NCBI GenBank assembly: GCA_963743915.1
Contig: CAVURN010000002.1
Location: 160,001-224,000, forward strand
Reading direction: 5' to 3'
Origin: an uncultured Actinomycetota bacterium
GTDB taxonomy: Bacteria; Actinomycetota; Actinomycetes; JAHEKZ01
DNA: 64,000 nt
Part shown: piece by piece, positions 44,102-53,694 of the stretch
Layout: each line of letters begins with the position of its first letter
Numbering within the stretch: position 1 is the first letter of the stretch
Translations under genes and position numbers: made by a program
The notes under the pieces: generated by a model
What the model was told of the DNA's origin: nothing
Databases searched by the model: none
The model's input: the letters and a program-made list of their open reading frames with translations, nothing else

Positions 44102-44563
44102 ATGCCGGAATGGGGATGGTGGGTGCTCGGAGCCTTCGTGCTGCTCGGCATCGAGACGCTCTCCCTCGACCTGGTCTTCGCGAGCCTCGCCGTCGGTGCA
44201 GTGGCCGGTGCGGTGGCTGCGGCACTGGGGGCACCGCTGATCGGACAGGTCCTGGCCGCAGGAGCCGTGGCGCTCCTGTCCCTGCTCCTGCTGCGACCGC
44301 TCGGGCTCCGCCTGCTCAAGACCGAGGGCACCAAGACGAATGTCCATGCGCTGATCGGCAGCTCCGCCTTGGTGGTCGAGCGGGTGGACGCCCGCAGTGG
44401 CCGCGTGAAGATCGGTGGAGAGGTGTGGTCGGCGCGCACGACGCGACCGGGCACCGCCTTCGGGGCGGGTGAGGACCTCGAGGTCATCGCCATCGAGGGA
44501 GCGACCGCAGTCGTCGACCGTCCAAGCGGCCAGACATCCGAGACCACCGAGGGGAACAGCTGA
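44102..44563 (+). CDS. NfeD family membrane protein
   Basis: Three TM helices then ALIG...GRVKIGGEVWSAR OB-fold; upstream of SPFH. Confidence 0.92.
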   Translation: MPEWGWWVLGAFVLLGIETLSLDLVFASLAVGAVAGAVAAALGAPLIGQVLAAGAVALLSLLLLRPLGLRLLKTEGTKTNVHALIGSSALVVERVDARSGRVKIGGEVWSARTTRPGTAFGAGEDLEVIAIEGATAVVDRPSGQTSETTEGNS

Positions 44564-45448
44564 TGGAGGACTACGCGGTCTGGATCGTCGTGGCGATCAT
44601 CGGGCTCTTCGTCCTGATCGTCATCGCGCGTTCGATCCGCATCATCCCGCAGGCCAGCGCCGGCATCGTCGAGCGGCTGGGCCGCTACCACCGGACCCTC
44701 GAGGCCGGGCTGGCGCTCATCGTCCCCTTCGTGGACCACGTCCGGCCGCTCATCGACCTGCGCGAGCAGGTGGTCTCGTTCCCGCCGCAGCCGGTCATCA
44801 CGGCGGACAACCTCGTCGTCAGCATCGACTCGGTCATCTACTTCCAGGTCACCGACGCCAAGGCCGCCACCTACGAGATCGCCAACTACATCCAGGCCAT
44901 CGAGCAGCTCACCGTCACGACCCTGCGTAACGTCGCCGGAGGCATGGACCTCGAGCGCACCCTGACCTCCCGCGAGGAGATCAACCTGCAGCTCCGCGGT
45001 GTGCTCGACGAGGCCACCGGCAAGTGGGGCATCCGCGTCAACCGCGTGGAGATCAAGGCGATCGACCCACCCGCCTCGGTGCAGCAGGCGATGGAGATGC
45101 AGATGCGCGCCGAGCGCGAGAAGCGCGCGGCCATCCTCAACGCCGAAGGCGTGCGTCAGTCGGCGATCCTGACGGCCGAGGGCGCCAAGCAGGCAGCGAT
45201 CCTGCACGGCCGAGGGTGACGCCCGTGCCGCCATTGTGCGCGCGGAAGGTGAGGCGACCGCCATCCAGACGGTCTTCGACGCGATCCACCGCGCGGACCC
45301 CGACCCGAAGCTGCTCGCGTACCAGTACCTGCAGGTGCTTCCGCAGATCGCCAACAGCCCGTCCAACAAGCTGTGGATCCTGCCTGCGGAGCTGTCCAGC
45401 GCGGTGGCCCAGCTCGGACAGGCGTTCCGCGGCCCGGACGCCGGCTAG
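44563..45448 (+). CDS. SPFH/Band-7 (QmcA-like) membrane protein (frameshift ~45205)
   Basis: IVERLGRY, IDLREQV, WGIRVNRVEIK, QMRAEREKRAAILNAEG, LAYQYLQVLP. Confidence 0.93.
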
Positions 45449-45463
45449 CTCGGGCGTGCCGTC

Positions 45464-46597
45464 CTACCGGGTGGCGACGGGAACCGGCTGGCCGAATCGC
45501 TGCGCGATCTGGCCGGCGACCTCGACGACCATGAGCACGTACCAGTCGGCGTGGTTGTAGCGCCACAACGCGTTGTACAGGCCCTGCGGACCGTTGCCGC
45601 CCCCGTTGGCGCAGAGGTACCGGGCGGCGCTGTAGATGGCGTCCGCCGGGTTCCAGATGTCGGCGACACCGTCGCGGTCCCCGTCGACGGCGTAGCCGGC
45701 GAAGGTGCTGGGCAGGAACTGCATGGGGCCCATGGCGCCCGCTGACGACGGACCCATGTTGCTGCCGTGGCCGCTCTCGACCTGACCCACCGCGGCCAGG
45801 ACCGGCCACGGCAGTCCGGCACATGTCGTCGCCGCTGCCTGGTAGAGGGCCAGGAAGTTCGTGGGGATGCCACCGGCGGTCGCCGTGCTCGCCACGTCCG
45901 TGGCGGCAGCCGTGGCTGCCGCGCGCTCCGCCGCTATCCGGGCCTCGGTGCGCTCGGCCTGGACCAGCTCGCGGGCTCGGGCGTCGAGCGTGTCGAGCAC
46001 CTCTTGCTGCTCGGCCAACGCGGCGTCGAGCCGGGCGAGGGCGGACTCCACGTCGGACACCGTCACCATGACCCGGTCGGTCCTACGCTCGGAGACCGCT
46101 GCCTTGCGGGCCAGCAGGTCGGCCCGTACCCGTTCGCCGTCAGCGGCCGTGGCGAGCAGGTCTACCACCTCGGTCGACTGCTTCCAACGCGCCGCCAGCT
46201 CCGAGGGACTCGCCGCCGTGAGGACGCCCTCGAGCATCCCGAAAGAGCCGCCGGACTGCTCCAGGGCGCGGACGGCCGCCGCACGGTCCTGTCGCGCGTT
46301 GAGGGCGGCCAGGCCGGCGAGGGCTGCCTGCTCATCCGCGTCCACCTCACGGCTCACCGCACCGGCGACACCGTGCAGGGCGCGCTCGTAGTCCGCTCGG
46401 GCCCGATCCACCTGCTGCTGCAGGCTGTCCAGGCGATCGGCGGCTGCGTCGGCGCGTGCCTGCGCCTCGTCGGCCGACTCGGCCCGCGCTGCACCCGGCA
46501 CGACGGCGATCACCGCACCCATGACGAGACAGGCGAGCGTCACGCGTCCTCGGGCAGCAAGTGCTGCCCGGCGCCGCATCGGCTGCGTCGGGCTCAT
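45464..46597 (-). CDS. Secreted coiled-coil + lytic transglycosylase (SLT) domain protein
   Basis: Signal peptide (ARA), Ala-rich coiled coil, LAAVGQVESGHG, GAMGPMQFLPSTF, AIYSAARYL, YNHADWYV. Confidence 0.9.
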   Translation of the reverse strand: MSPTQPMRRRAALAARGRVTLACLVMGAVIAVVPGAARAESADEAQARADAAADRLDSLQQQVDRARADYERALHGVAGAVSREVDADEQAALAGLAALNARQDRAAAVRALEQSGGSFGMLEGVLTAASPSELAARWKQSTEVVDLLATAADGERVRADLLARKAAVSERRTDRVMVTVSDVESALARLDAALAEQQEVLDTLDARARELVQAERTEARIAAERAAATAAATDVASTATAGGIPTNFLALYQAAATTCAGLPWPVLAAVGQVESGHGSNMGPSSAGAMGPMQFLPSTFAGYAVDGDRDGVADIWNPADAIYSAARYLCANGGGNGPQGLYNALWRYNHADWYVLMVVEVAGQIAQRFGQPVPVATR

Positions 46598-46682
46598 GTC
46601 CTCTGCATCGGCGCCCGCGCGGTCGGTCTTGACGGTCACCGAAGGCGCGGGGGCGCCGGCTGCTGGGGGGCTCCCGCCTAGC

Positions 46683-47456
46683 ATGGGCGGCCATGAGGCG
46701 GTGGCCGTGACGGCAGTCGAGTGGCTGGCGATCCTGGCCGCGGGGGTCGCTGCGGGTGGCATCAACGCGCTGGTGGGTTCCGGAACGCTGGTGACGTTCT
46801 CGACCCTGGTCACGCTCGGCGTCCCGCCGCTGACGGCGAACGTGTCCAACACCGTGGGGCTCGTGGCGGGATCGGTGGCCGGGAGCCTGGGCTACCGCAG
46901 TGAGCTCGCGCAGCAGCGCGACCGCCTGGTGCGCTACGTGCCGGCCTCACTGGCGGGTGGTCTCGCCGGTGCAGCCCTGCTGCTCGTTCTTCCGTCTTCC
47001 GCCTTCGACGCGGTGGTCCCGGTGCTCGTGGCCCTGGGGGTGCTGCTGGTGGCTCTTCAGCCGTACCTGTCCCGAAGGCTCGCGGTGTCGCACGACGCCC
47101 ACCCGGTGGGCGGTCCGGTGGCGTGGGTCGCAGTGTTCGCGGTGGGCGTCTACGGCGGGTACTTCGGCGCCGCGCAAGGGATCCTGCTCATCGCGGTGCT
47201 CGGCATCTTCGTCGACGCCCATCTGCACCGGATGAATGCCGTGAAGAACGTGCTCGTCGCCCTCGTGAACGGCATCGCCGCCGCGGTGTTCATCGTCCTG
47301 GCGCCGGTCGACTGGGGCATTGCGCTCGTGCTGCTGGTCGGGTCCTCCGTCGGCGGGTACCTCGGAGGTCGCCACGGCCGGAAGGTGTCACCATCGTTGC
47401 TGCGGACGTTCATCATCGTGGTCGGGGTCATCGCCCTCGTGGTGATGCTCACATGA
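46683..47456 (+). CDS. TSUP/TauE sulfite exporter family permease
   Basis: AGGINALVGSG, YGGYFGAAQG, NAVKN; ~8 TM; start may be 46707. Confidence 0.9.
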   Translation: MGGHEAVAVTAVEWLAILAAGVAAGGINALVGSGTLVTFSTLVTLGVPPLTANVSNTVGLVAGSVAGSLGYRSELAQQRDRLVRYVPASLAGGLAGAALLLVLPSSAFDAVVPVLVALGVLLVALQPYLSRRLAVSHDAHPVGGPVAWVAVFAVGVYGGYFGAAQGILLIAVLGIFVDAHLHRMNAVKNVLVALVNGIAAAVFIVLAPVDWGIALVLLVGSSVGGYLGGRHGRKVSPSLLRTFIIVVGVIALVVMLT

Positions 47457-48277
47457 CGGTCATCGACATCGGATCGGCCGATGACGAACGGGTGGACGAC
47501 TACCGAGACCTCACCGACGTCGGGCTGCGCAAGCGGCGCGAGCCCGCGCAAGGGCTGTTCATGGCCGAGAGCCACCCGGTGATCGAACGCGCGATCACGG
47601 CCGGCTATCCGGTCCGGTCCGTGCTGACGACGCCCCGATGGCTCGGCGACGTCGAGATCCTCCTCGCGACGGTCGACGCACGGGACACACCGGTCCTGGT
47701 GGCCGATGACGACGTGGTGCGGGAGATCACCGGGTACCGCGTGCACCGTGGGGCGCTGGCTGCGATGGCGAGGCTGCCCCTGCCTGCTGTGGACGACGTG
47801 GTCGCCGGTGCAGGTCGGGTGCTCGTGCTCGAGGGCATCGTCGACCACACCAACGTGGGCGCCGTCTTCCGGTCCGCCGCCGGACTCGGCTTCGACGCCG
47901 TCCTCATCGACCCGACGTGCGCCGACCCCCTGTACCGGCGGTCGGTGCGGGTGTCCATGGGTGCGGTGTTCTCGATCCCCTGGACACGGTGCGCCCCCTG
48001 GCCGGCCACGCTGACCTCGATGGGTGCCGACGGCTGGCAGGTGCTGGCCCTCACCCCACGACCTGAGGCACAGGAGCTGGGCGAGGCGGCGGCCGCCGCT
48101 CCCGAGCGGATCGCCCTCGTGCTGGGCACCGAGGGGCACGGTCTCACCGACGGTGCCCTCGCCGCGGTCACCGGCCACGTCCGGATCCCGATGGCGACCG
48201 GTGTGGACTCGCTCAACATCGCCGCAGCGGCAGCGGTCGCCTGCTACGCCTTCGGACCGGGAACGGCTCGCGAGTAG
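47453..48277 (+). CDS. TrmH/SpoU family RNA methyltransferase
   Basis: DHTNVGAVFRSAA, DPLYRRSVRVSMG, LGTEGHGL, IPM..GVDSLN. Confidence 0.93.
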   Translation: MTVIDIGSADDERVDDYRDLTDVGLRKRREPAQGLFMAESHPVIERAITAGYPVRSVLTTPRWLGDVEILLATVDARDTPVLVADDDVVREITGYRVHRGALAAMARLPLPAVDDVVAGAGRVLVLEGIVDHTNVGAVFRSAAGLGFDAVLIDPTCADPLYRRSVRVSMGAVFSIPWTRCAPWPATLTSMGADGWQVLALTPRPEAQELGEAAAAAPERIALVLGTEGHGLTDGALAAVTGHVRIPMATGVDSLNIAAAAAVACYAFGPGTARE

Positions 48278-48330
48278 CGCCGCCCGTGCGGCGCGGTGCC
48301 GGCCCGTGCGTGAGGTGACAGGATGACGGC

Positions 48331-48720
48331 ATGAGCGGAGCCCTCGAACGGGACGAGGCGGGCACGCCACGGACCCGGTTGCTGCCCGACCGTCACGGCA
48401 TGGTGGTCCGGCTGCAGGCCGTCTCCGGTGGTCGAGCGGCACTGCTGGACGCGCTCCACCGGTACGTGGACAGCCTGACCGACGAGCCGGCCACCGAGTT
48501 CTTCTGCGTCTCCCTCGACCCCGACGACACCGAGACGGTGTGGCTGCACGAGTGGTTCCACGGCGAGGACGGCATCAACGCGCACCGTGCGGCTCCGGCC
48601 TTCGCCGAGCTCATGGGCGAGCTGGACGGCGTGCTGAGCGCACCTCCGGGCGTGATGCGCTTCGTCCCACTCCGGCTGCACCTGGCCGAGGGCCTCTGGC
48701 AGGACGAACCGCTCGGCTAG
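48331..48720 (+). CDS. Antibiotic biosynthesis monooxygenase (ABM) family protein
   Basis: EPATEFF.V..D..D..TVWLHEWF......AHR..PAF pattern. Confidence 0.78.
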   Translation: MSGALERDEAGTPRTRLLPDRHGMVVRLQAVSGGRAALLDALHRYVDSLTDEPATEFFCVSLDPDDTETVWLHEWFHGEDGINAHRAAPAFAELMGELDGVLSAPPGVMRFVPLRLHLAEGLWQDEPLG

Positions 48721-48722
48721 CG

Positions 48723-49526
48723 TCACCGATGTCCGAAGGGACGGACCACCTTCGGCTTCAGCGGGACCGAGTGCCCCCACATCGAGGACACCCGCACCTG
48801 CGGACGCACGGCCTCGATGATCCGGTCGTGACCGAGGTAGAGCGCCATGTGGCTCATCGCCCCGGCCGGACCGTAGAACACCAGGTCCCCTCGCTTGCGC
48901 TCGGACAGGGGCACGCGGCGGAGCCCGGACTCGTAGATCGCCGTGGCGGTCCCGAAGTCCTGCCGCTGGTGCAGGTACGTGGTGACGGTGGGCAGGACGC
49001 GTCCACCGGCGTGCATCGCCTGCAGGACCAGACCGGAGCAGTCGTAGCCGATCGGGCCAGCGCCGCCCCACACGTAGCGGCGTCCGACCTGTTCGCGCGC
49101 CCAGCCGATCATGGCGTCGATGCGGTCATCTACGCCCGCAACGGCGTCCACGGTCGGTTGCACGGTGAAGCGGTCCATGCAGAACCTGCGGGTCATCCCG
49201 AGCTGCCTCCAGGTGCGCGCGTCGACCCGCCCCGTCACCTTCAGGCCTCGGTTCCGCTGGAATCGCTCGACAGCCGCAGCCGTGTCGGGCCCGTAGCGGT
49301 CCAGCTCGTGGGTCGTCCCCAGCCGACGCTGGACGAGAGCCACCTTCACACCCGCCCAGGCCCGGTTGAGCACGATGCAGCCCTTCGCCACCGGCACGGA
49401 GTCGGCCAGGTACGGGTCCTCGGCGGCCGCGTGGGCGCGGGGTCCCGGCGCTGCGAGCAGCCCCACGACGATGGCCAGCACACCGACCAGCAGGACGAGC
49501 AGACGGAACGGGCGGACGACGGTCAT
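48723..49526 (-). CDS. Secreted NlpC/P60 peptidoglycan endopeptidase with PG-binding domain
   Basis: Signal peptide, TAAAVERFQRNRGLKVTGRVD, YVWGGAGP.GYDCSGLV, GDLVFY, HMALYLG. Confidence 0.92.
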   Translation of the reverse strand: MTVVRPFRLLVLLVGVLAIVVGLLAAPGPRAHAAAEDPYLADSVPVAKGCIVLNRAWAGVKVALVQRRLGTTHELDRYGPDTAAAVERFQRNRGLKVTGRVDARTWRQLGMTRRFCMDRFTVQPTVDAVAGVDDRIDAMIGWAREQVGRRYVWGGAGPIGYDCSGLVLQAMHAGGRVLPTVTTYLHQRQDFGTATAIYESGLRRVPLSERKRGDLVFYGPAGAMSHMALYLGHDRIIEAVRPQVRVSSMWGHSVPLKPKVVRPFGHR

Positions 49527-49605
49527 TCCCTCATCATCGGTCATCGACGCGGAGAGGTGGAGTGCCGAGATCCGTCCGGTGGGTGGGGCATGGCACGCTG
49601 AGGAC

Positions 49606-51121
49606 GTGCCGGATCCCCTCTCCGCTACCGCGCCCGCAGTCTCGGCGGAGGCCGTCGCGGCGCTCACGGACCCGATCTTCGCGCAGGCGCTCGAGCGCGA
49701 GGCAGCGCCGGGACTGGCCTTCGGGGTGGTCTCCCACGGAGAACTGGTGCACGCCCGCGGGATGGGCGTGGCGGCGCTCGACGGACCGGGTGCCGACCAG
49801 CGACACCACCTTCCGGATCGCCTCGATGACCAAGAGCGTCACGGCCGCCGTGCTCCTCAGCCTCCGCGACGACGGGTTCCTGTCGCTCGACCTGCCGGCG
49901 GTCGAGCTGGTTCCCGAGCTGCTGGCTGGCGGTGCGGAAGCCCGGCTCATCACCCTCCGCCACCTGCTCACGATGACGGCGGGTCTTCCCACCGACGACC
50001 CGTGGGGTGACCGGCAGCAGGACCTTCCGCATGCCGCACTCCGCTCCCTGCTCGCCTCCGGGCTCACACCGGCATGGCGACCGGGTGAGCGGTTCGAGTA
50101 CTCCAACCTTGGCTACGCGATCCTCGGCCTGGCGATCGAGGCGGTCACGCGTCTGCCGTACGCCGAGGCCGCCGCCATGCGCGTGCTGCGACCGGTGGGG
50201 ATGGGCTCGACCGGCTACCACCTCGACAGCCTCGACGAGAGCCACCGCGCACATGGCTATGTGCGCCGCTCCACCGGCTGGGCCGAGGAGCCCTGGGCGG
50301 GGTACGGCGCGTTCGCCCCGATGGGCGGCCTGTTCAGCACCGTCACCGACCTCACGCGATGGGTCGGGGTGATGCAGGGCGCTCACGGGTCCGATGCCGG
50401 GTCGGACGCCGGTGCAGTCTTGAGGCCCGCCTCCCTGCGCGAGATGCAGACCACCCAGCGCCTCGTGGCGGCAGTGAACATCGAACGCGCTCCCGATGTC
50501 GTGGGTTACGGGTTCGGTCTGTTCGAGGAGTTCCGCAGCTGGGGGCGGACGGTCCACCACTCGGGCGGCTACCCCGGCTTCGGCTCCCACATGAGATGGC
50601 ACCCGGCCTCCGGGCTCGGCATCGTGGTGCTGGCCAACGGCAGCTATGCGCCGGTCTACGCCCCGGCCCGGGACGCCCTCCAGCGGCTGGTCACCACGCT
50701 CGACGTGCCGCAGCGGCGTCCGCTGCCCGACTTCCCGGCGTTGGACGCCGCCGTGGCCGCGGTCACGGCGTGGTTGTCGGCGGAGACCGCTGACGGCGAC
50801 GAGGCCGACACCTTGCGCGCGATGTTCGCCGACAACGTCGAGCGGGACGTGCCGTGGCCGGAGCGCGTCGTGCAGTGGCAGGCGCTTCGCGTGCGGGGAG
50901 GTGCGCCCCCTGTGGAGGTCGCCGGAACCCGCCGAAGTCCGGCACCGGCCACGAGGACCTGGCAGGTCGACGGCCCCGCCGGGCGGGCGACGGTCACCGT
51001 GATGCTGGCCCCGCACGATCTGCATCTGGTGCAGTCGGTGACCGTCCGACCGGGCACCGGCCCTGGGTCGGACGACGAGGGAGCGGGCGCCGACCCCGAC
51101 GCGTCCACCGACTGGTCGTGA
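49606..51121 (+). CDS. Serine hydrolase, beta-lactamase/PBP fold (frameshift ~49790)
   Basis: FRIASMTKS (SxxK), LLTMTAGL, FEYSNLGY (YxN), HSGGYPG. Confidence 0.9.
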
Positions 51122-51150
51122 CGGACCGCAGCTTCTGATCACCTGCGTGG

Positions 51151-51289
51151 TAACGTCGTTCTCGGTTGCAGTTGTTTTCCGTCGAATCGTTTCTCCGAAA
51201 CGCCCGCGGAAAGACTCGCGGGCACCTTGGTGCCCAGCCCCGAACCGCCGCACCGCGCGGTCCGGAAGCATCAAGAGTTGGAGAGTTTC
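51151..51289 (+). promoter_or_regulatory. Promoter and long 5' UTR of cold-shock gene
   Basis: TG-G-TAACGT extended -10 at 51151, then ~130 nt comparatively A/T-rich leader and GGAGAG RBS. Confidence 0.55.
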
Positions 51290-51493
51290 ATGGCAGTAGG
51301 CAGCGTTAAGTGGTTCAACGCTGAAAAGGGTTATGGCTTCATCGAGCAGGATGGCGGCGGCGCTGACGTCTTCGTCCACTTCTCGGCCATCACCATGGAC
51401 GGTTACCGCACCCTCGAAGAGGGCCAGCGAGTGGAGTTCGAGATCACCCAGGGGCCGAAGGGCCCCCAGGCGGAGAACGTCAAGACCGCCTGA
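51290..51493 (+). CDS. cspA: Cold-shock protein
   Basis: [34 protein letters not shown]. Confidence 0.97.
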   Translation: MAVGSVKWFNAEKGYGFIEQDGGGADVFVHFSAITMDGYRTLEEGQRVEFEITQGPKGPQAENVKTA

Positions 51494-51527
51494 TCAACGG
51501 CTGATCCCGAGGTCTGCCCACAGACCT

Positions 51528-51581
51528 GACGAAGGCCCGATGTCGCGCCCCTCACAGGGTGGCGGTGTCGGGCCTTTCGTC
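51528..51581. terminator. Stem-loop, probable bidirectional terminator between convergent cspA and S51-like gene
   Basis: GACGAAGGCCCGA...TCGGGCCTTTCGTC inverted repeat. Confidence 0.7.
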
Positions 51582-52831
51582 GTCCGCCAGGCTCCACCCG
51601 ACGCCGTCCGGCGTGTCGTTGACCGTCACCCCGGCGCCGGTGAGCACGTCGCGCAGCAGGTCGCTGGTCGCGAAGTCACGTTCACGACGGGCCGTGGCGC
51701 GCGCGGACAGGACCGCCTCGACCACCGGCGCCACGATCTGCCGAGGGTCATGGACGCCGGCCAACGCGAGGTCGCCGAGCCGCACCACCATGGCCCGCAG
51801 CTGGCGCCGCGCCTGGTCGAGCGCGTCACTCTGCAAGGTGTCGGAGGACCAGGCGACCATGGCGTCATCCAGCGCCAGGATCGCCGCGACGGCGCCGTCG
51901 ACGTCCTGCTGCTCGACAGCCTCGTCGAAGCGCCGGCGGAGGGCGTCGGTCTCGTCGGCCAGCGACGGCGGTGAGTCTGCGCCGGCCGAAGCCGGGCTCG
52001 CCTGGGTCGCGGTGCCGCGGCTGGGGTCGCCGGCGCGTGGGCGCTGCCTCGCACCATCGCGCGGAGCTCGTCCACCGAGACCGTGCTGCCGGAGGGAATG
52101 ACCTCGTCACCGCCCGGCCGGGCGACCGTGAGCCGCCCCACCCCGCGCACGTCGACCGTGCCGGTGCTGTCGTCGAGGACGACCGCGGTGTGCTCGTCGA
52201 CCCCGAGCACGGCGGCGTCCGGGGGAAGCTCGCGCTGCAGGAGCTCGAGCCGCTCCTGGCCGAGGTAGCAGAAGCGGGTGTCGTAGGTTCCCCCCTCGTT
52301 GTTGTCGAAGTGCGGGACCACGGCGACCGTCACGCCGAAGGCGCGTCCGAGCAGGTCGAGTCCCTCCGCCCAGAACGGGGGAGCGCCGACCTTGTAGATC
52401 TCGTAGACCGGCAGCGCCCAGCGTCCGGCAGTGACGGCCGCGGCGCTGCCGAGAACGACAGTCCCGCCACGCACCAGGACGTCGTCGACAGCGCCGGCCA
52501 CCGGAGTGTCGCGCCACTGGTCGAGCGCGTAGGTGGGGCTGCCCGGGCCCGCGAAGAGCCAGCTCGCGCTGCTGATCAGGGTGAGTGCGCGTTCGGCGTC
52601 ACGCGAAGGCAGATCGCGACGCCGCCACGACGCCGGGACGACCTCACGGCCGACCGAGTCGTCGAAGTAGCGCGTCGTGCGAGCGGTGAGGTCGTCGGCA
52701 TTGACCTGGAACCCGTACGGCGTGTCGAGCATCACGGCCGCACCGGGCGGGCAGGACTCCAGCACTGCACGGTGCGTCTTGACCATGGCGGGCGCGGTCT
52801 CGCCCGATCCCATCAGCACGACGCGGCTCAC
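51552..52831 (-). CDS. Peptidase S51/cyanophycinase-like hydrolase fused to CysRS-like C-terminal domains (frameshift ~52000-52045)
   Basis: LMGSGE, FAGPGSPTYAL, LGSAAA (Ser), VPHFDN (His), GVDEHTA (Glu); after linker RRRFDEAVEQQDVDGAVAAIL and ARRERDFATSDLLRDVLTGAGVTVNDTPDGVGW. Confidence 0.8.
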
Positions 52832-53694
52832 GCGGACGATCCTTCCACCCGGCCGACCATCGCGAGCAGCTGGTCGGACACCACGGTCGGTTGCTGCAGA
52901 TGGAGGTCGTGATGCGCGTCCGGGTGCCAGCTCACGGTGACCCGCGGAAGAGCACGTTGGGCGGCATCGACCTCATCGGACGTCACGGCACCGGCGACCA
53001 TGAGGTGGACGGGGACACTGATCCGTGGGTAGAGGTCGGCTGGGTCGTCCTCCCACATGGATCGCAGGATCTGCCGGTGGTGGTCCCGGGCGAGACGGTT
53101 CCGCACCCGACCGTCCACCACCTCGAGATTGCCCGCGATGGCAGCCATAGCGTCGCCCGGCCAGTCGGCGACCATCGTCCCGATGCGCGCCAGGACGGCC
53201 TCCGGTGAGCCGTCGCCGAAGTCGGGAGGGGCGAGCCGACTCCAGCAGTCGTCGAAGCTCGGGAACCGCGGCCGCAGGTGGATCCAGCCGCCGTCGACCG
53301 CCACGACGCCGCCCCACCGGTCGTCGTCGTGGGCAGCCCGCAGCACCACGTTGCCTCCCCACGACTGGCCCGCGAGGACCGGACGTCGGTCCTGCCAGCC
53401 CAGGGCTGCCTGCACCGTCACGAGGTCGTGAGCGGCCGACGCCGTCGTGTGGCCGTGCGCGGGACGGTCGGAGCGCCCGTGCCCCCGTAGGTCGACGACG
53501 GCGACCGCGTGCCCACGCTCGTGGAGCTCGTGCGCCACGGTGCGCCACAGGAGGGCGTTCGACGCCAGCCCGTGCACCAGCAGGAAGGGGCGCCCAGACG
53601 CAGGGAGCACGCGAACCGCCAGAGCAGTGCCGTCGTCGAGGGTCACCCGGTCCGGTTCGACCCAGGTGTCCGGGGGCCAGCCGCTGACAGTCAT
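52828..53694 (-). CDS. Alpha/beta fold hydrolase
   Basis: LLVHGLASN, VDLRGHGRS, AGQSWGG nucleophile elbow, AHHDLH. Confidence 0.92.
   Translation of the reverse strand: MTVSGWPPDTWVEPDRVTLDDGTALAVRVLPASGRPFLLVHGLASNALLWRTVAHELHERGHAVAVVDLRGHGRSDRPAHGHTTASAAHDLVTVQAALGWQDRRPVLAGQSWGGNVVLRAAHDDDRWGGVVAVDGGWIHLRPRFPSFDDCWSRLAPPDFGDGSPEAVLARIGTMVADWPGDAMAAIAGNLEVVDGRVRNRLARDHHRQILRSMWEDDPADLYPRISVPVHLMVAGAVTSDEVDAAQRALPRVTVSWHPDAHHDLHLQQPTVVSDQLLAMVGRVEGSSA

Noticed and set aside
45120-45255. Tandem ~33-bp repeats (AILNAEG/AILTAEG/AIVRAEG)
   Set aside because: Normal coiled-coil repeats of QmcA-type SPFH proteins; not CRISPR or a DNA element.
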